This document shows, in pieces, positions 27,401 through 33,214 of a DNA stretch of 64,000 nucleotides. The DNA is from Ardenticatenales bacterium (GTDB lineage: Bacteria > Chloroflexota > Anaerolineae > Epilineales > Epilineaceae), in contig JADYYS010000067.1 of the NCBI GenBank assembly GCA_020853525.1, forward strand, positions 1,319-65,318, written 5' to 3'. How positions within the stretch are numbered: position 1 is the stretch's first letter; each line of letters begins with the position of its first letter. A model generated the notes under the pieces. That model saw only the letters and a list, made by a program, of their open reading frames with translations. It was not told where the DNA came from and ran no database searches. A program made the position numbers and the translations under genes.

Positions 27401-28809
27401 GAGCGGTTCGCCACGTTCGGCGTCGATTCCATCGACGCGCACGGCGCGCCGAGCGCACGGCCGAGGACGACGGTCACCGTGCCGTCGACGGCGTCGGTGC
27501 CCTGGACGTAGACGAAGAATGGGCCGATCGGCATCTGGCCGAGGAGGTTCGCGCCGGGCTGGACGACCTGCAGCGGGCCGACGTCGGCCGCCAGCGCCAT
27601 GCCGTTGACGCCGATCGAGCGGACCTGGACGAGGCGCGGTCGGAGGTCGCCGTTGTACCAGACCTCGAGCACGGCGGCCTGCGACGAAACGTTGCGGACG
27701 CGCACGAAGTGGTCGAGGAACTGGACGGTGCTGCCGCTGTGGATCGTCATCGAGTCCGTCGAGAGGACGACCATCTCGTCGCACGAGAGCGCGACGCCGT
27801 CCGTGTTCACGTTGTCCAGGACGTTGTCGCCGTCGAAGTCGACGGTGATCCCGGAATCGGCGGCCTGCGTGATCTCGCTGCCGACGTTCACCATGTCGTT
27901 CATGCCGTCGAAGTCGACATCGAGGCTCGTGAGACCGTCGCCGCTGAGCGGCCCGGCCGGGTCGGTCGCGCCCAGCGACGTGCCGACGGGGAAGACGAAC
28001 CGCGTCTCACCGGCGCGGCCGCAGATCGGGCGCGGGGCGCTGTCGTCCAGGCGATCCGGGTCGGGATGGGCCACCGGCAGCTCGTTGTCGAGGAGCTGAT
28101 AGGTGAACTCGGTCATGATCGCCGGGTACCACTCGTCCTGGTTGGACGGCGTCGGGTTGACGGCGGCATCCGGCGTCCCGTTGTTGTTGCTGTCCGTCAG
28201 GCAGTCGTCGGAGTTGAGGTCCTTGTCGAGGCGGGTCGGCTCGTACCAGTGGCGGAGCCAGACCTTCTCCGAACCGTTCACGCCCGACGCGCGGATGTTC
28301 GAATCGCGCGAGACCTCGTCGGCGGCGCGCAGGCAGTTCCACTGTGCCCGGAACGGGGCTTCGTTCAACCGCTCCGAGATCCAGGCCGGATCCCAGGTGA
28401 CGTAGTCGAACTCGGGCGCCTCGGTCGAGAGCGGGCTGAACGGTCCCGTCGGATCCGTGTACGGCGGATCCTCCGGCACGTTCTGCGTGTTCGGGTCGAG
28501 GATGGTGTTCGAACCCGCCGTCGCCGGCCGGTTGCCCTCCCCGATGATGCACGAGTTGCAGACCGTGGTGTAGCCGTACAACCGCAGCGTGTCGATCCGC
28601 TCGGTGATGTCGGCCAGCGGAGCGGCGGCGGGGGAGGCGGCGGGGGCTGCGGCAGGCGCCGCACCGGCCATGCCGGCACCCAGGCCGAGGCCGCCCGCCA
28701 TGGCAACGGTCACGGCCATGCAGGCACGCCAGACAGCCGCGCTCCGCGAGCGCGCCTCCGGACGACGGTCGGTTGCCAGACGGGTGGACTGCGAGCGGGA
28801 CTGACTCAT
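18487..28809 (-). CDS. Giant secreted multi-domain protein (~3440 aa). Order of parts: a signal peptide; a ~1350-aa internally duplicated module of unknown function; about 20 DUF11 repeats; an FN3-like domain; a carboxypeptidase-regulatory-like domain; a duplicated dockerin-type Ca-binding segment; and a C-terminal cohesin-like beta-sandwich
   Basis: ORF-track protein 18487..28887. I place the start at 28809 (MSQSRSQS..MAVTVAMAGGLGLGAGMAGAAPA signal) because a GGAGGAG Shine-Dalgarno-like motif sits 7 nt upstream. DUF11 units are of the type DLSITKVASTAAPVAGGELVYTISVTNNGPDAVTDVTVRDVLPEGVTYV. The FN3 hallmark TSYTFRVSARD is present. Dockerin-like segments are GDTDNNTNINLFDLVRVGANY and DCNADHEVNLFDLVLVGTNYG. 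The cohesin-like segment reads GDVVLFTIEFQVLKD. Confidence 0.85.
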   Translation of the reverse strand: MSQSRSQSTRLATDRRPEARSRSAAVWRACMAVTVAMAGGLGLGAGMAGAAPAAAPAASPAAAPLADITERIDTLRLYGYTTVCNSCIIGEGNRPATAGSNTILDPNTQNVPEDPPYTDPTGPFSPLSTEAPEFDYVTWDPAWISERLNEAPFRAQWNCLRAADEVSRDSNIRASGVNGSEKVWLRHWYEPTRLDKDLNSDDCLTDSNNNGTPDAAVNPTPSNQDEWYPAIMTEFTYQLLDNELPVAHPDPDRLDDSAPRPICGRAGETRFVFPVGTSLGATDPAGPLSGDGLTSLDVDFDGMNDMVNVGSEITQAADSGITVDFDGDNVLDNVNTDGVALSCDEMVVLSTDSMTIHSGSTVQFLDHFVRVRNVSSQAAVLEVWYNGDLRPRLVQVRSIGVNGMALAADVGPLQVVQPGANLLGQMPIGPFFVYVQGTDAVDGTVTVVLGRALGAPCASMESTPNVANRSPGGPWWLKRFYVDGHEYNVVAIMTCATNAIQYITLRSPLPKVDVTIEQHSVRLEGYGVLEPLVLPPPFNHEHTILEDVIDFKGFDLCPILPGDDEVARPEILYMGGPMGPMPPVLAQSDALVYTGRDPQRAVGPYDNYFASHWFYTEEEGYEPFIGQIREKYGALNTAPGVPQPPGIPQSFFYNEQVFTQPWRYTEFVLPDQAGAPVAGGVPACDPDNYLVTSGFTNDTARWRLWRMPDGSVPEDQPPTPPDLQIDETVFDPVTGSYGSPRRVTFIHDPDDNKGKLTANNDGLRLYGGFPVCDDLECNGIISRPSILFGAGDTGVATDPISGLAAYPVEVPPYTDPFAPFNPQHPHAPRTDSLTFNPAYMDEFRNFNEPLRELYQQISNGAQNAREKVYHRTWYQPDWVDKLRFTDDCQRDLKFPAIVQEYTFLMMDTTDNPTGVPPGSSRIAFPVGSRAGDLPAPNPNGTLPAGGQFGYGLTTFDANFDGYSDASNIHSEQTLNQYLDQQWQSNRPTLPGVPVTPLAGPVLDFDGDGVQDALDADCQALNGNEMAVFAVQSLTLDLDPNTPEGHNAQFLDYLITLNNVTPNTRAQFRLFFTGGNPNNARPEAVGGIRTLDIGDAVLVDRFQDRVTIVGPGEANIAPDGAWFAFVEDVAPSGDRVTLTVGRALGGTHSAIDDGNGSHDLLPGDPWYLKRFYVDGHEYNVVALMTENSGAAGLCNDNFAFITIRTPVPKGNFINPQDSLFYQGYFLNGLPAEMSVLPPFNFQHTLALDIDRLAPIDFAFQNGYLSCVGELAAADPMVETILEETDETRLHTELRETFAPAVTGQNTRTGWNTHQLMVTPSNFTAIRVPEGQKYLLTLGWTSPVSKLAFYGCTRDEPGPFFPGPGPNEFNPPALDHTDISAAGDTWAPPLGIIPPVNNPNPPQVHVFDDEDNITVGYFDGACPLGQPTRVKVFYDPANTDDIYINTRDVTVPVDLADLSITKVASTAAPVAGGELVYTISVTNNGPDAVTDVTVRDVLPEGVTYVSDTDGCVEGPVGTLTCTFGSIAVGQTRSFTVTVRLDMEIPVGTVLVNTATVSSTSTLDPNLANNSATAVVTTTRAADLAIAKSASIITPRPGDQVVFQLLVTNNGPSDATNVHIIDTLPVGLNYVASNGACVQGPPNTINCTIGTLAAGASAAVAITVQVAPGALTGTILTNSAAVQSNTPDPTLGNNQAQAAVIVAAAADLRLEKSASAGPYTAGGNVTFTLVASNFGPSAVANAQVTDVLPVGMTYVSDDAGCVQAPPGTLTCNLGAIASGGSRTFHVVAKINADVAPGASLNNTAVVSAAGVSDPVPANNTSSATVIAVASADLRITKSAPPSVVAGGTLVYTINVINGGPSNAMNVVVVDTLPAGVTYVSDTGGCVQAPVGTLTCTLGDIAVGVTRTFTITVTVGGLAQGTQLVNIAGVDSDTPDPDGGNSSSTTTTTVGGASSADLSLTKTGPTSVQAGNTVNYTLAVNNAGPSTATGVTLNDTLPAGTTFVGSIPPVCSLNPPASSNLQCAMGSIVSGGSAAVVVTIQTTAGQANTTLTNTASVTSSTPDPAPGNNNASAQTSVTPASGTSADLAITKAGPAQILAGQQIAYQLTVTNNGPNTANNVLVNDVLPLDTEFVSTTNPNGCTSGGGSTRLCALGSLLSGQAAQFTIIVDVDDDALTGTQLINSASVSSATVDPTPGNNTASATTLVTGSAQGADLRLTKTSPTITVTPGTMHAFNLLIENLGPANAPSVIVTDNLPAGMTYQSDTAGPGATSACIQSPVRTLTCSLGALNSGQSRLFTMTVLINANVPNGAQLTNVASVAHGKALLASTLDADAPDRLNTEDPNPGNNQDDDTVEAVRSADISVDKDASSVQPPPGAQVTFTVQVKNSGPSDAATVTLTDALPSGMTYVSDSQTCGAAALAAGCNIGPLANGQTKTVTIVAQVGQNVQPGTVLTNNASATSSEPDPDVTDNADSAFVIVSQPTNDADLAIDKTASDPTPLSGEAITFDLKVTNNGPAAAQNVVVADTLPAQVTAGTLPPACSLAAATVTCNLGNIANGTTVVVQIPVTVGAGLASGTQFSNTATVTSGTPDPAPANNSDTVALVVETPSQNVNLAVQKTASDSQPVAGTTIQYTIEVKNLGPGTANNVVLTDNLPTGTSLVDNDGGCTATGQTLTCNLGSVADDSTRTIHVNVAIPASATQGQQFVNTASVATSSPDTDPNNNQVNNTVTARRVADLSIEKSANPAIVTAGGQVVFGLQVDNLGPSNTGPVTVVDTLPPGLTHVSNSGGCNVSGQTLTCTIPSIQAGGFATIQVTAGIGAGASGSVTNSASVSSPATDPVPANNNDSVTIQITVAQAADVRITKAVNVASPAQQGGLVTYDFTVHNDGPGAATNVVVTDQLPAQVTHESNTTGCQIAGQTLTCNLGTVNSGQTRTFQVVVRIGHNTAAGTQVTNTAHVAAQTPDPNAANNTSAATFTVTAAPPPPLNAACNVLPGGSQVRVTWVDSSNFETEFNVEVSFNGSSYIPLATVPSTTQVGTGTAYSYQTPDLLANTSYTFRVSARDSVTGQVSAASVPTDGCTTVPQPAEKTSCIRGYMNLQGRSDHTGAVVYVDGVPAGVSGPNGYFSICGVPKGEHRLSADAACYLGADQMFRVSGGQPFDLPFTSLPGGDTDNNTNINLFDLVRVGANYRTSPPSDIRADCNADHEVNLFDLVLVGTNYGRSGAVPFGYNGEENGAAFFSDPTAPATERAVAKALRGVLPTAVLRATGLPEGAPAERPDGPTDVALNVRAVDEETIAVDVVAKGVWNMYGADIKVRFDTQKVKVIDALEGSGVQVKPGAAWQADGPSFVAMNTVDPAGEIRFAAARMRPANGLYGDVVLFTIEFQVLKDAVDSAWNVDSALLADPSGKTIETKIDGQKIEALLDRNAFVGRALLPALYRGYSMR

Positions 28810-28892
28810 CTGTGGCTCCTCCGGTTCGAAGAAGGCCCGTCTGGCCCTGGGGGGGACGGATCGGGGCGGGACCTCAAGCGCGCACAAACACG

Positions 28893-28919
28893 GCCGGCTG
28901 ATCGGAACGGTCAGCCGGC
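28893..28919 (-). terminator. 9-bp perfect stem / 9-nt loop hairpin (GCCGGCTGA..TCAGCCGGC). Possibly the terminator of the upstream cNMP-binding gene or a 5'-UTR structure of giant gene 3
   Basis: The hairpin is read from the sequence. On the minus strand it is followed by CGUGUUUGUG. It sits about 85 nt upstream of the gene 3 start codon. Confidence 0.3.
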
Positions 28920-28971
28920 GCTCCGGCGCACGCCCACGAGGGGCATCGCCGAAACGGGGTCGGATGGGGTG

Positions 28972-29029
28972 GTTACAATTCGATTAAGGGCCATTGTAAC
29001 GCATGGCGGAGGGGATTGCAAGCCCCTCC
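28972..29029. promoter_or_regulatory. AT-rich island in the giant-gene-3 upstream region. It holds an 8-bp perfect inverted repeat GTTACAAT-N13-ATTGTAAC and an adjacent hairpin GGAGGGG-attgcaag-CCCCTCC. Candidate operator/promoter or small structured RNA
   Basis: Both elements are read directly from the sequence (28972-29000 and 29008-29029). The local GC content is far below the ~70% background. Confidence 0.35.
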
Positions 29030-29172
29030 TTAATGAGAAGCTAACCGCAGAGAGGGGAAGGGGGGTGCGATGACTTCCTGATGGCCATGGGCCGCACGTG
29101 GCGGCGCGCGATACGCACTGCATGACGCACGAAACGCGGCGTGGGTCACGGTGAATCGCAAATCGGTGCGGA

Positions 29173-31152
29173 TCACTGCGCCGGCGGCGAACCTTGATCG
29201 GTCGTCAAGCCGTGGTAGGCGGCCAGCCAGCGGACCATCTCATCGGCCCGTTTCTGCTCCGCTTCCACCTCGAGCCGCGCGCGCCGGTCGTTGATGCGCT
29301 CGAAGATCAGCCCTTGCACGCGCGCCGGATTGGCGATATCGGTGAAGCTGAAGTTGCCGGTGTCCGCTGCGGTCTGGATCGTAACGGTGCCGTAGCGGAG
29401 CACCATCGCCACCGGGTTGGGGATGCTGTAGCGGACGTCCTGCACGGCATCGAGCGATGCCTGGCGCTGCTCCTTGAACAAGCCGAGCGGCAACGACTCG
29501 ATGTCGAGCACGTGGTTGGCCGTCAGGATGTACTGGTCGTTGCGCCAGTCCTCGTAGCGCCACCACAACCAGCCGTACGCCCCCGCGGCCAGCACGACGG
29601 CCGCACGCGTCGCCCAGCGGCCCTCGTCGACGGCGACGGCGATGCCGCTCGCCAATAGCCACGTCGCTGCCGCGGCCAGCGCCAGCGGCATCGCCGTCGC
29701 GCGCAACAGGATCCACCAGTGCTTGCGCCAGACGTACGTCGTACCCTGCCGCTCCTCCGGGCGGGGCAGGAAGTAGAGGATCAGCCGGCCGATCGACCCG
29801 AACCCGGTCGGCGGGATGGCCGGGCGAGGTTCGCTCGACGGCGCCGCCGTTCGGTCCGGCGCGCCGGCGGCCGGCGCTTCGGCGCTCGCCAGGCGCCCGT
29901 CCCCGATCGCCTTGCGGAGCTGCTCGTCGATCCAGGTCCGCCGCTCCGCTTGGGCGCGGTCGCGGGCCCGGTGCATCTGATCGAACAGCACCGCGCGCAG
30001 CGCGTCGGGCCGGCCGGCCATGTGCCAGACGATCTTGCCGGCGTTCGAGGCGGTGTTGATCGTCACGGTGCCGTAGTCGAACAGCCGCGCCATGATGGAA
30101 GGCGACCGGGCCTGCACGTCCTGGACGCGGGCCATGAGCGCCTCGCGGCGGGCGGCGGTGATGAACGGCCGCGTCTCGATCATGATCACCCGCTGGTTCG
30201 TGACGATCAGCCGATCCTCGCTCCAGTTCAGCCACGACCACCACGCGCCGGCGGCCGGCACGCCGAGCCCGATGACCGCCCATGCCAGGATCGCCACGGG
30301 GTCCGCGGTCACCGCCGCCGCCCCGGCTCCGACGACGAGCGCGACGACGAGCAGGCCGGCGGGCAGCACCATGCCGCGGATGAGCGCCAGGACGTGGCGC
30401 CGATAGACCCTGACCTCGTACTCGCCCTCGGTGGTCTCCTCTTCCCGACGCGCCTCCATGTTCGCCCGCGCGTCGTCGGGCAGGACCAGGAGGTCATCGA
30501 TTTCCGGGTCCGCGCGCAGCAGCCGCAGGACGTCGTCGCGGTCGGCCGCCAGCAGCCAGGCGTCCGTCTCGGCCACGACGCTGCTCGGCCGCGGCACGTC
30601 GGTGAAGACGCCGCGGATGCCGACGACGGCGCCGTACTCGCGGTGGCCCATCGCTTCCGTCTCGCCGTCGGCGGCGACGCGCTCGAGCACGAGCGTCCCG
30701 CCGATGAGCACCCAGAGCGTCGTGTCGACCATGCCCTGGCGCGCGATGATCTCGCCGGCGCGGACGCGTGTGGCGCGAAAGAGCGGCGCGAGCTGCCGGA
30801 GCGCGGGCGCGGGGAGGAGCTGGAAGACCTCGGTGCCGAGCAGGTGGAGGGCGACGTCGGCGTCGGTGAGGCCGTCGGTGCGGGGGGGCGATGCGACAGC
30901 GTCGGCGTCGGAGAGGGGTGCGGCGGCGCCTGCAGCGGGCTCGGCGCGGCCGCCGCCTGCGGCACCGGGGATCGCGACCGGGCCGGTGGCGGCGTTCGGA
31001 TCGATCGGCGGCGGTTCGTCGGGCGGCATGGGGGGCACGGGCGATGCCTGGGGGTGAGCCGGCGTGCAGCGACGCGCCGGCGGGCGGGTCGGCCCGTTGG
31101 GACGATCTCCGCCGGTCGGGTCAATGGTCGGCGCGGGAGGCGGCGCGGTCAA
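29173..31152 (-). CDS. Membrane protein with an N-terminal cyclic-nucleotide-binding (CAP effector) domain and two YdbT-like bacterial PH (bPH_2/DUF304) modules
   Basis: The cNMP motif reads GEIIARQGMVDTTLWVLIGGTLVLER..RPSSVVAETD. There are two TM pairs, each followed by W(S/R)(E/N)D(R/Q)(L/Y)I(V/L)T(N/A)(Q/N)(R/H)V(I/L) bPH_2-type segments. The protein is Pro-rich at the N-terminus. Confidence 0.75.
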   Translation of the reverse strand: MTAPPPAPTIDPTGGDRPNGPTRPPARRCTPAHPQASPVPPMPPDEPPPIDPNAATGPVAIPGAAGGGRAEPAAGAAAPLSDADAVASPPRTDGLTDADVALHLLGTEVFQLLPAPALRQLAPLFRATRVRAGEIIARQGMVDTTLWVLIGGTLVLERVAADGETEAMGHREYGAVVGIRGVFTDVPRPSSVVAETDAWLLAADRDDVLRLLRADPEIDDLLVLPDDARANMEARREEETTEGEYEVRVYRRHVLALIRGMVLPAGLLVVALVVGAGAAAVTADPVAILAWAVIGLGVPAAGAWWSWLNWSEDRLIVTNQRVIMIETRPFITAARREALMARVQDVQARSPSIMARLFDYGTVTINTASNAGKIVWHMAGRPDALRAVLFDQMHRARDRAQAERRTWIDEQLRKAIGDGRLASAEAPAAGAPDRTAAPSSEPRPAIPPTGFGSIGRLILYFLPRPEERQGTTYVWRKHWWILLRATAMPLALAAAATWLLASGIAVAVDEGRWATRAAVVLAAGAYGWLWWRYEDWRNDQYILTANHVLDIESLPLGLFKEQRQASLDAVQDVRYSIPNPVAMVLRYGTVTIQTAADTGNFSFTDIANPARVQGLIFERINDRRARLEVEAEQKRADEMVRWLAAYHGLTTDQGSPPAQ

Positions 31153-31168
31153 GCAGGCGCGGGGCGGA

Positions 31169-31840
31169 TCAGGTCGTCGGGGCGAGCGCCGTGCGAAGCC
31201 GGTCGTGGACGTGCGCCGCGAAACGGGCGCCGGCGATGGGCGCGAGCCAGTAGATCCAGTGTCCGTCCCAGGCGCCGGTGAGCAGCGCGGGGCCGAACGA
31301 ACGGGCCGGGTTCATGGAAGCGCCGGTCAAGGCCCCGCCGAGGAGGGCATCGATGGTGACGGTGGCGCCGATCGCGAGCGGGGCGAAGCGGCCGGCGGCG
31401 CGCGCGTCGGTGCTCATCGCCAGAATGACGAACATCAAGGTGAACGTGAGCACGAACTCGACGCTCAGGCCAAGCGCAGTGCCAACCTGGGATGTCGTCG
31501 CGCCCAACGAGATCGGCACGGCCAGCTGCGCCCGGACGACGGCCAGGGCGGTGGACGCCGCCACCGCCCCGACGAGTTGCGCGATCAGATAGATCGGCAC
31601 GAGGGGCGCCGGGAATCGCCCGCTCGACCACAGCCCGATCGTCACGGCCGGGTTGAGGTGGGCGCCCGAGAGGTGCCCGGTCGCATGGATCATGACCATC
31701 ACCACCAGGCCGAAGGCCAGGGCGATGCCCACGGGGCCGATCGCGCCGCCCAGGTGATCGTCGGCCATGATCGTGCCGGTGCCGACGAGCACGAGGAAGA
31801 ACGTGCCCATGGCCTCGGCAGCCGCTCGCCGAACGTTCAT
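31169..31840 (-). CDS. MIP-family aquaporin/aquaglyceroporin (224 aa). It is AqpS-like because it sits in an ars operon
   Basis: Two NPA boxes are present (HLNPAVT and SMNPARS) with 6 TM segments. The ATG at 31840 overlaps the arsC stop (ATGA). The ORF track's longer 31169..32011 version starts at GTG inside arsC. Confidence 0.85.
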   Translation of the reverse strand: MNVRRAAAEAMGTFFLVLVGTGTIMADDHLGGAIGPVGIALAFGLVVMVMIHATGHLSGAHLNPAVTIGLWSSGRFPAPLVPIYLIAQLVGAVAASTALAVVRAQLAVPISLGATTSQVGTALGLSVEFVLTFTLMFVILAMSTDARAAGRFAPLAIGATVTIDALLGGALTGASMNPARSFGPALLTGAWDGHWIYWLAPIAGARFAAHVHDRLRTALAPTT

Positions 31841-32253
31841 CGTTCCGTGCGCGTCGAGCAGTGCGCGTCGAGGCTGGTGAGCAGCGCTCGGACGCGCTGC
31901 TCCAGATCGTCCCGAATCACCCGCACGGCGTCCAGCCCGACGCCGGCCGGATCGTCGACCGCCCAGTCCTCGTAGCGCTTGCCCGGAAAGATCGGACAGG
32001 CATCGCCGCACCCCATCGTGACGACGACGTCGGCGGCCTGCACCACCTCATCCGTCCACGGCTTCGGGAACTGTTTGCCGATGTCGATGCCGATCTCCTT
32101 CATGGCCGCGACGGCATGCGCGTTCACCTCGCCGTCGGGCGTCGAGCCGCCGGACATCACCTTGACGCGACCGCCCGCCAGGTGGTCCAGCCAGCCGGCG
32201 GCCATCTGGGACCGGCCGGCGTTGTGGACGCACAGGAAGAGGACGACGGGCAT
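31837..32253 (-). CDS. arsC: Arsenate reductase, thioredoxin-coupled LMW-PTP type
   Basis: The CX5R P-loop LFLCVHNAGRSQMAAGW is present with downstream Cys residues (MGCGDACP). The protein shows strong collinearity with Bacillus-type ArsC. The start is chosen at M17 of the track ORF (MPVVLFLCV); the upstream ATG at 32301 is possible. Confidence 0.8.
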   Translation of the reverse strand: MPVVLFLCVHNAGRSQMAAGWLDHLAGGRVKVMSGGSTPDGEVNAHAVAAMKEIGIDIGKQFPKPWTDEVVQAADVVVTMGCGDACPIFPGKRYEDWAVDDPAGVGLDAVRVIRDDLEQRVRALLTSLDAHCSTRTER

Positions 32254-32373
32254 GGGCGAGTGAGGGACGTCGCTGCGTCGGAGGACAGAAGGACTTGACA
32301 CGCTAGGGCTCCTCGAGTCGAATTTGGCCGGACGAGTTCGGCGGGTCGGGCCCGACGGGAAAGGCTGATCCGC

Positions 32374-33066
32374 TCAGGTGATCGGCGCGACGACAGCGGG
32401 CACAAGCCGATCGATCCGCTGGGCGATCTCGTCGAAGGCGGCATCGAAGGCGCCGCGTTCGGATCGAGCGGCCGGGTCCGACACGGACCAATGCAGGTGC
32501 TGGACGCCGATGAAGGGGTCCGCCTCCTCGAAGGCCAGGTCGCACACGCTGATGACGAGACCGGGCGCGCGGCGCAGTTCGTCGTAGCCGCGCGGCGCCC
32601 GACCGCTCAGATCCAGGCCGCGCTGCGCCGACGCTTGGACGGCCATCGGATGAACGCACGCCGCCGGCCGCGTGCCGGCCGACTCGGCCGGGATCGACGA
32701 GTGCTCGTTCCAACAGGCGGCGGCGAACTGCGACCGCGCCGAGTTGTGACGGCACACGAACAGGACGTCGGCGGCCTCGATCGAGGCGGGCCGGAGTCGA
32801 TGAGCCGAAGCGACGGCCGACAGCTGCACGTACCGCCGCCGGCCGTCGCCCGCCGAGCGGGTGCGGCGGACCAGGCCGACCGCCTCGAGCGCATCCAGGT
32901 GGTGCGCGAGGAGGTTGGAGGGGATCCCGAGGCGAACCTCGAGGTCGGACGGCGAGGCGTCGGTGAGGGCGAGAGCCTCGACGATGGCCAGGCGGTGCGG
33001 GTCGCCGAGCGCCGCGAAGACGGCGGCGCGGCGTTGGAGGTTGGGATCGCGGGCTGGATCACTCAT
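32374..33066 (-). CDS. ArsR/SmtB-family HTH regulator fused to a C-terminal LMW-PTP/ArsC-like domain
   Basis: The ArsR HTH region reads LGDPHRLAIVEALA..SPSDLEVRLGIPSNLLAHHLDALEAVGLV. The second domain carries the VLFVCRHNSARSQFAAACW CX5R loop. The start at 33066 (MSDPARDP) is chosen over the track start at 33300. Confidence 0.75.
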   Translation of the reverse strand: MSDPARDPNLQRRAAVFAALGDPHRLAIVEALALTDASPSDLEVRLGIPSNLLAHHLDALEAVGLVRRTRSAGDGRRRYVQLSAVASAHRLRPASIEAADVLFVCRHNSARSQFAAACWNEHSSIPAESAGTRPAACVHPMAVQASAQRGLDLSGRAPRGYDELRRAPGLVISVCDLAFEEADPFIGVQHLHWSVSDPAARSERGAFDAAFDEIAQRIDRLVPAVVAPIT

Positions 33067-33077
33067 TGACTCAATGA
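33061..33077. promoter_or_regulatory. Perfect palindrome TCATTGA-c-TCAATGA overlapping the arsR-arsC start codon. Candidate ArsR autoregulatory operator
   Basis: The 7-bp arms are exact reverse complements (33062-33068 and 33070-33076). The ATG of the arsR fusion is at 33064-33066. Confidence 0.4.
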
Positions 33078-33214
33078 TCGCTGAGTGATCTACGGTGGTC
33101 AAGCTGGGGCCGGTGTGCCAAGCGCAACCGGTCGGCCGCACTCGGCGTATGGTGCGGGGACGGTCGAACCCCGTCGACGCATCGCACCTCGCACCCCGAC
33201 TGGAGCCGCCGCTC

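Noticed and set aside
19417-29073. Plus-strand ORFs 19417..24147 (1576 aa), 24601..26595 (664 aa) and 26974..29073 (699 aa)
   Set aside because: They are antisense to giant gene 3 and have the same low-complexity Arg/Gly/Asp composition.
29719-31281. 520-aa plus-strand ORF, plus other Arg-rich ORFs across 29194..31253
   Set aside because: They are antisense to the cNMP-binding/bPH_2 gene and have no features beyond GC-driven openness.
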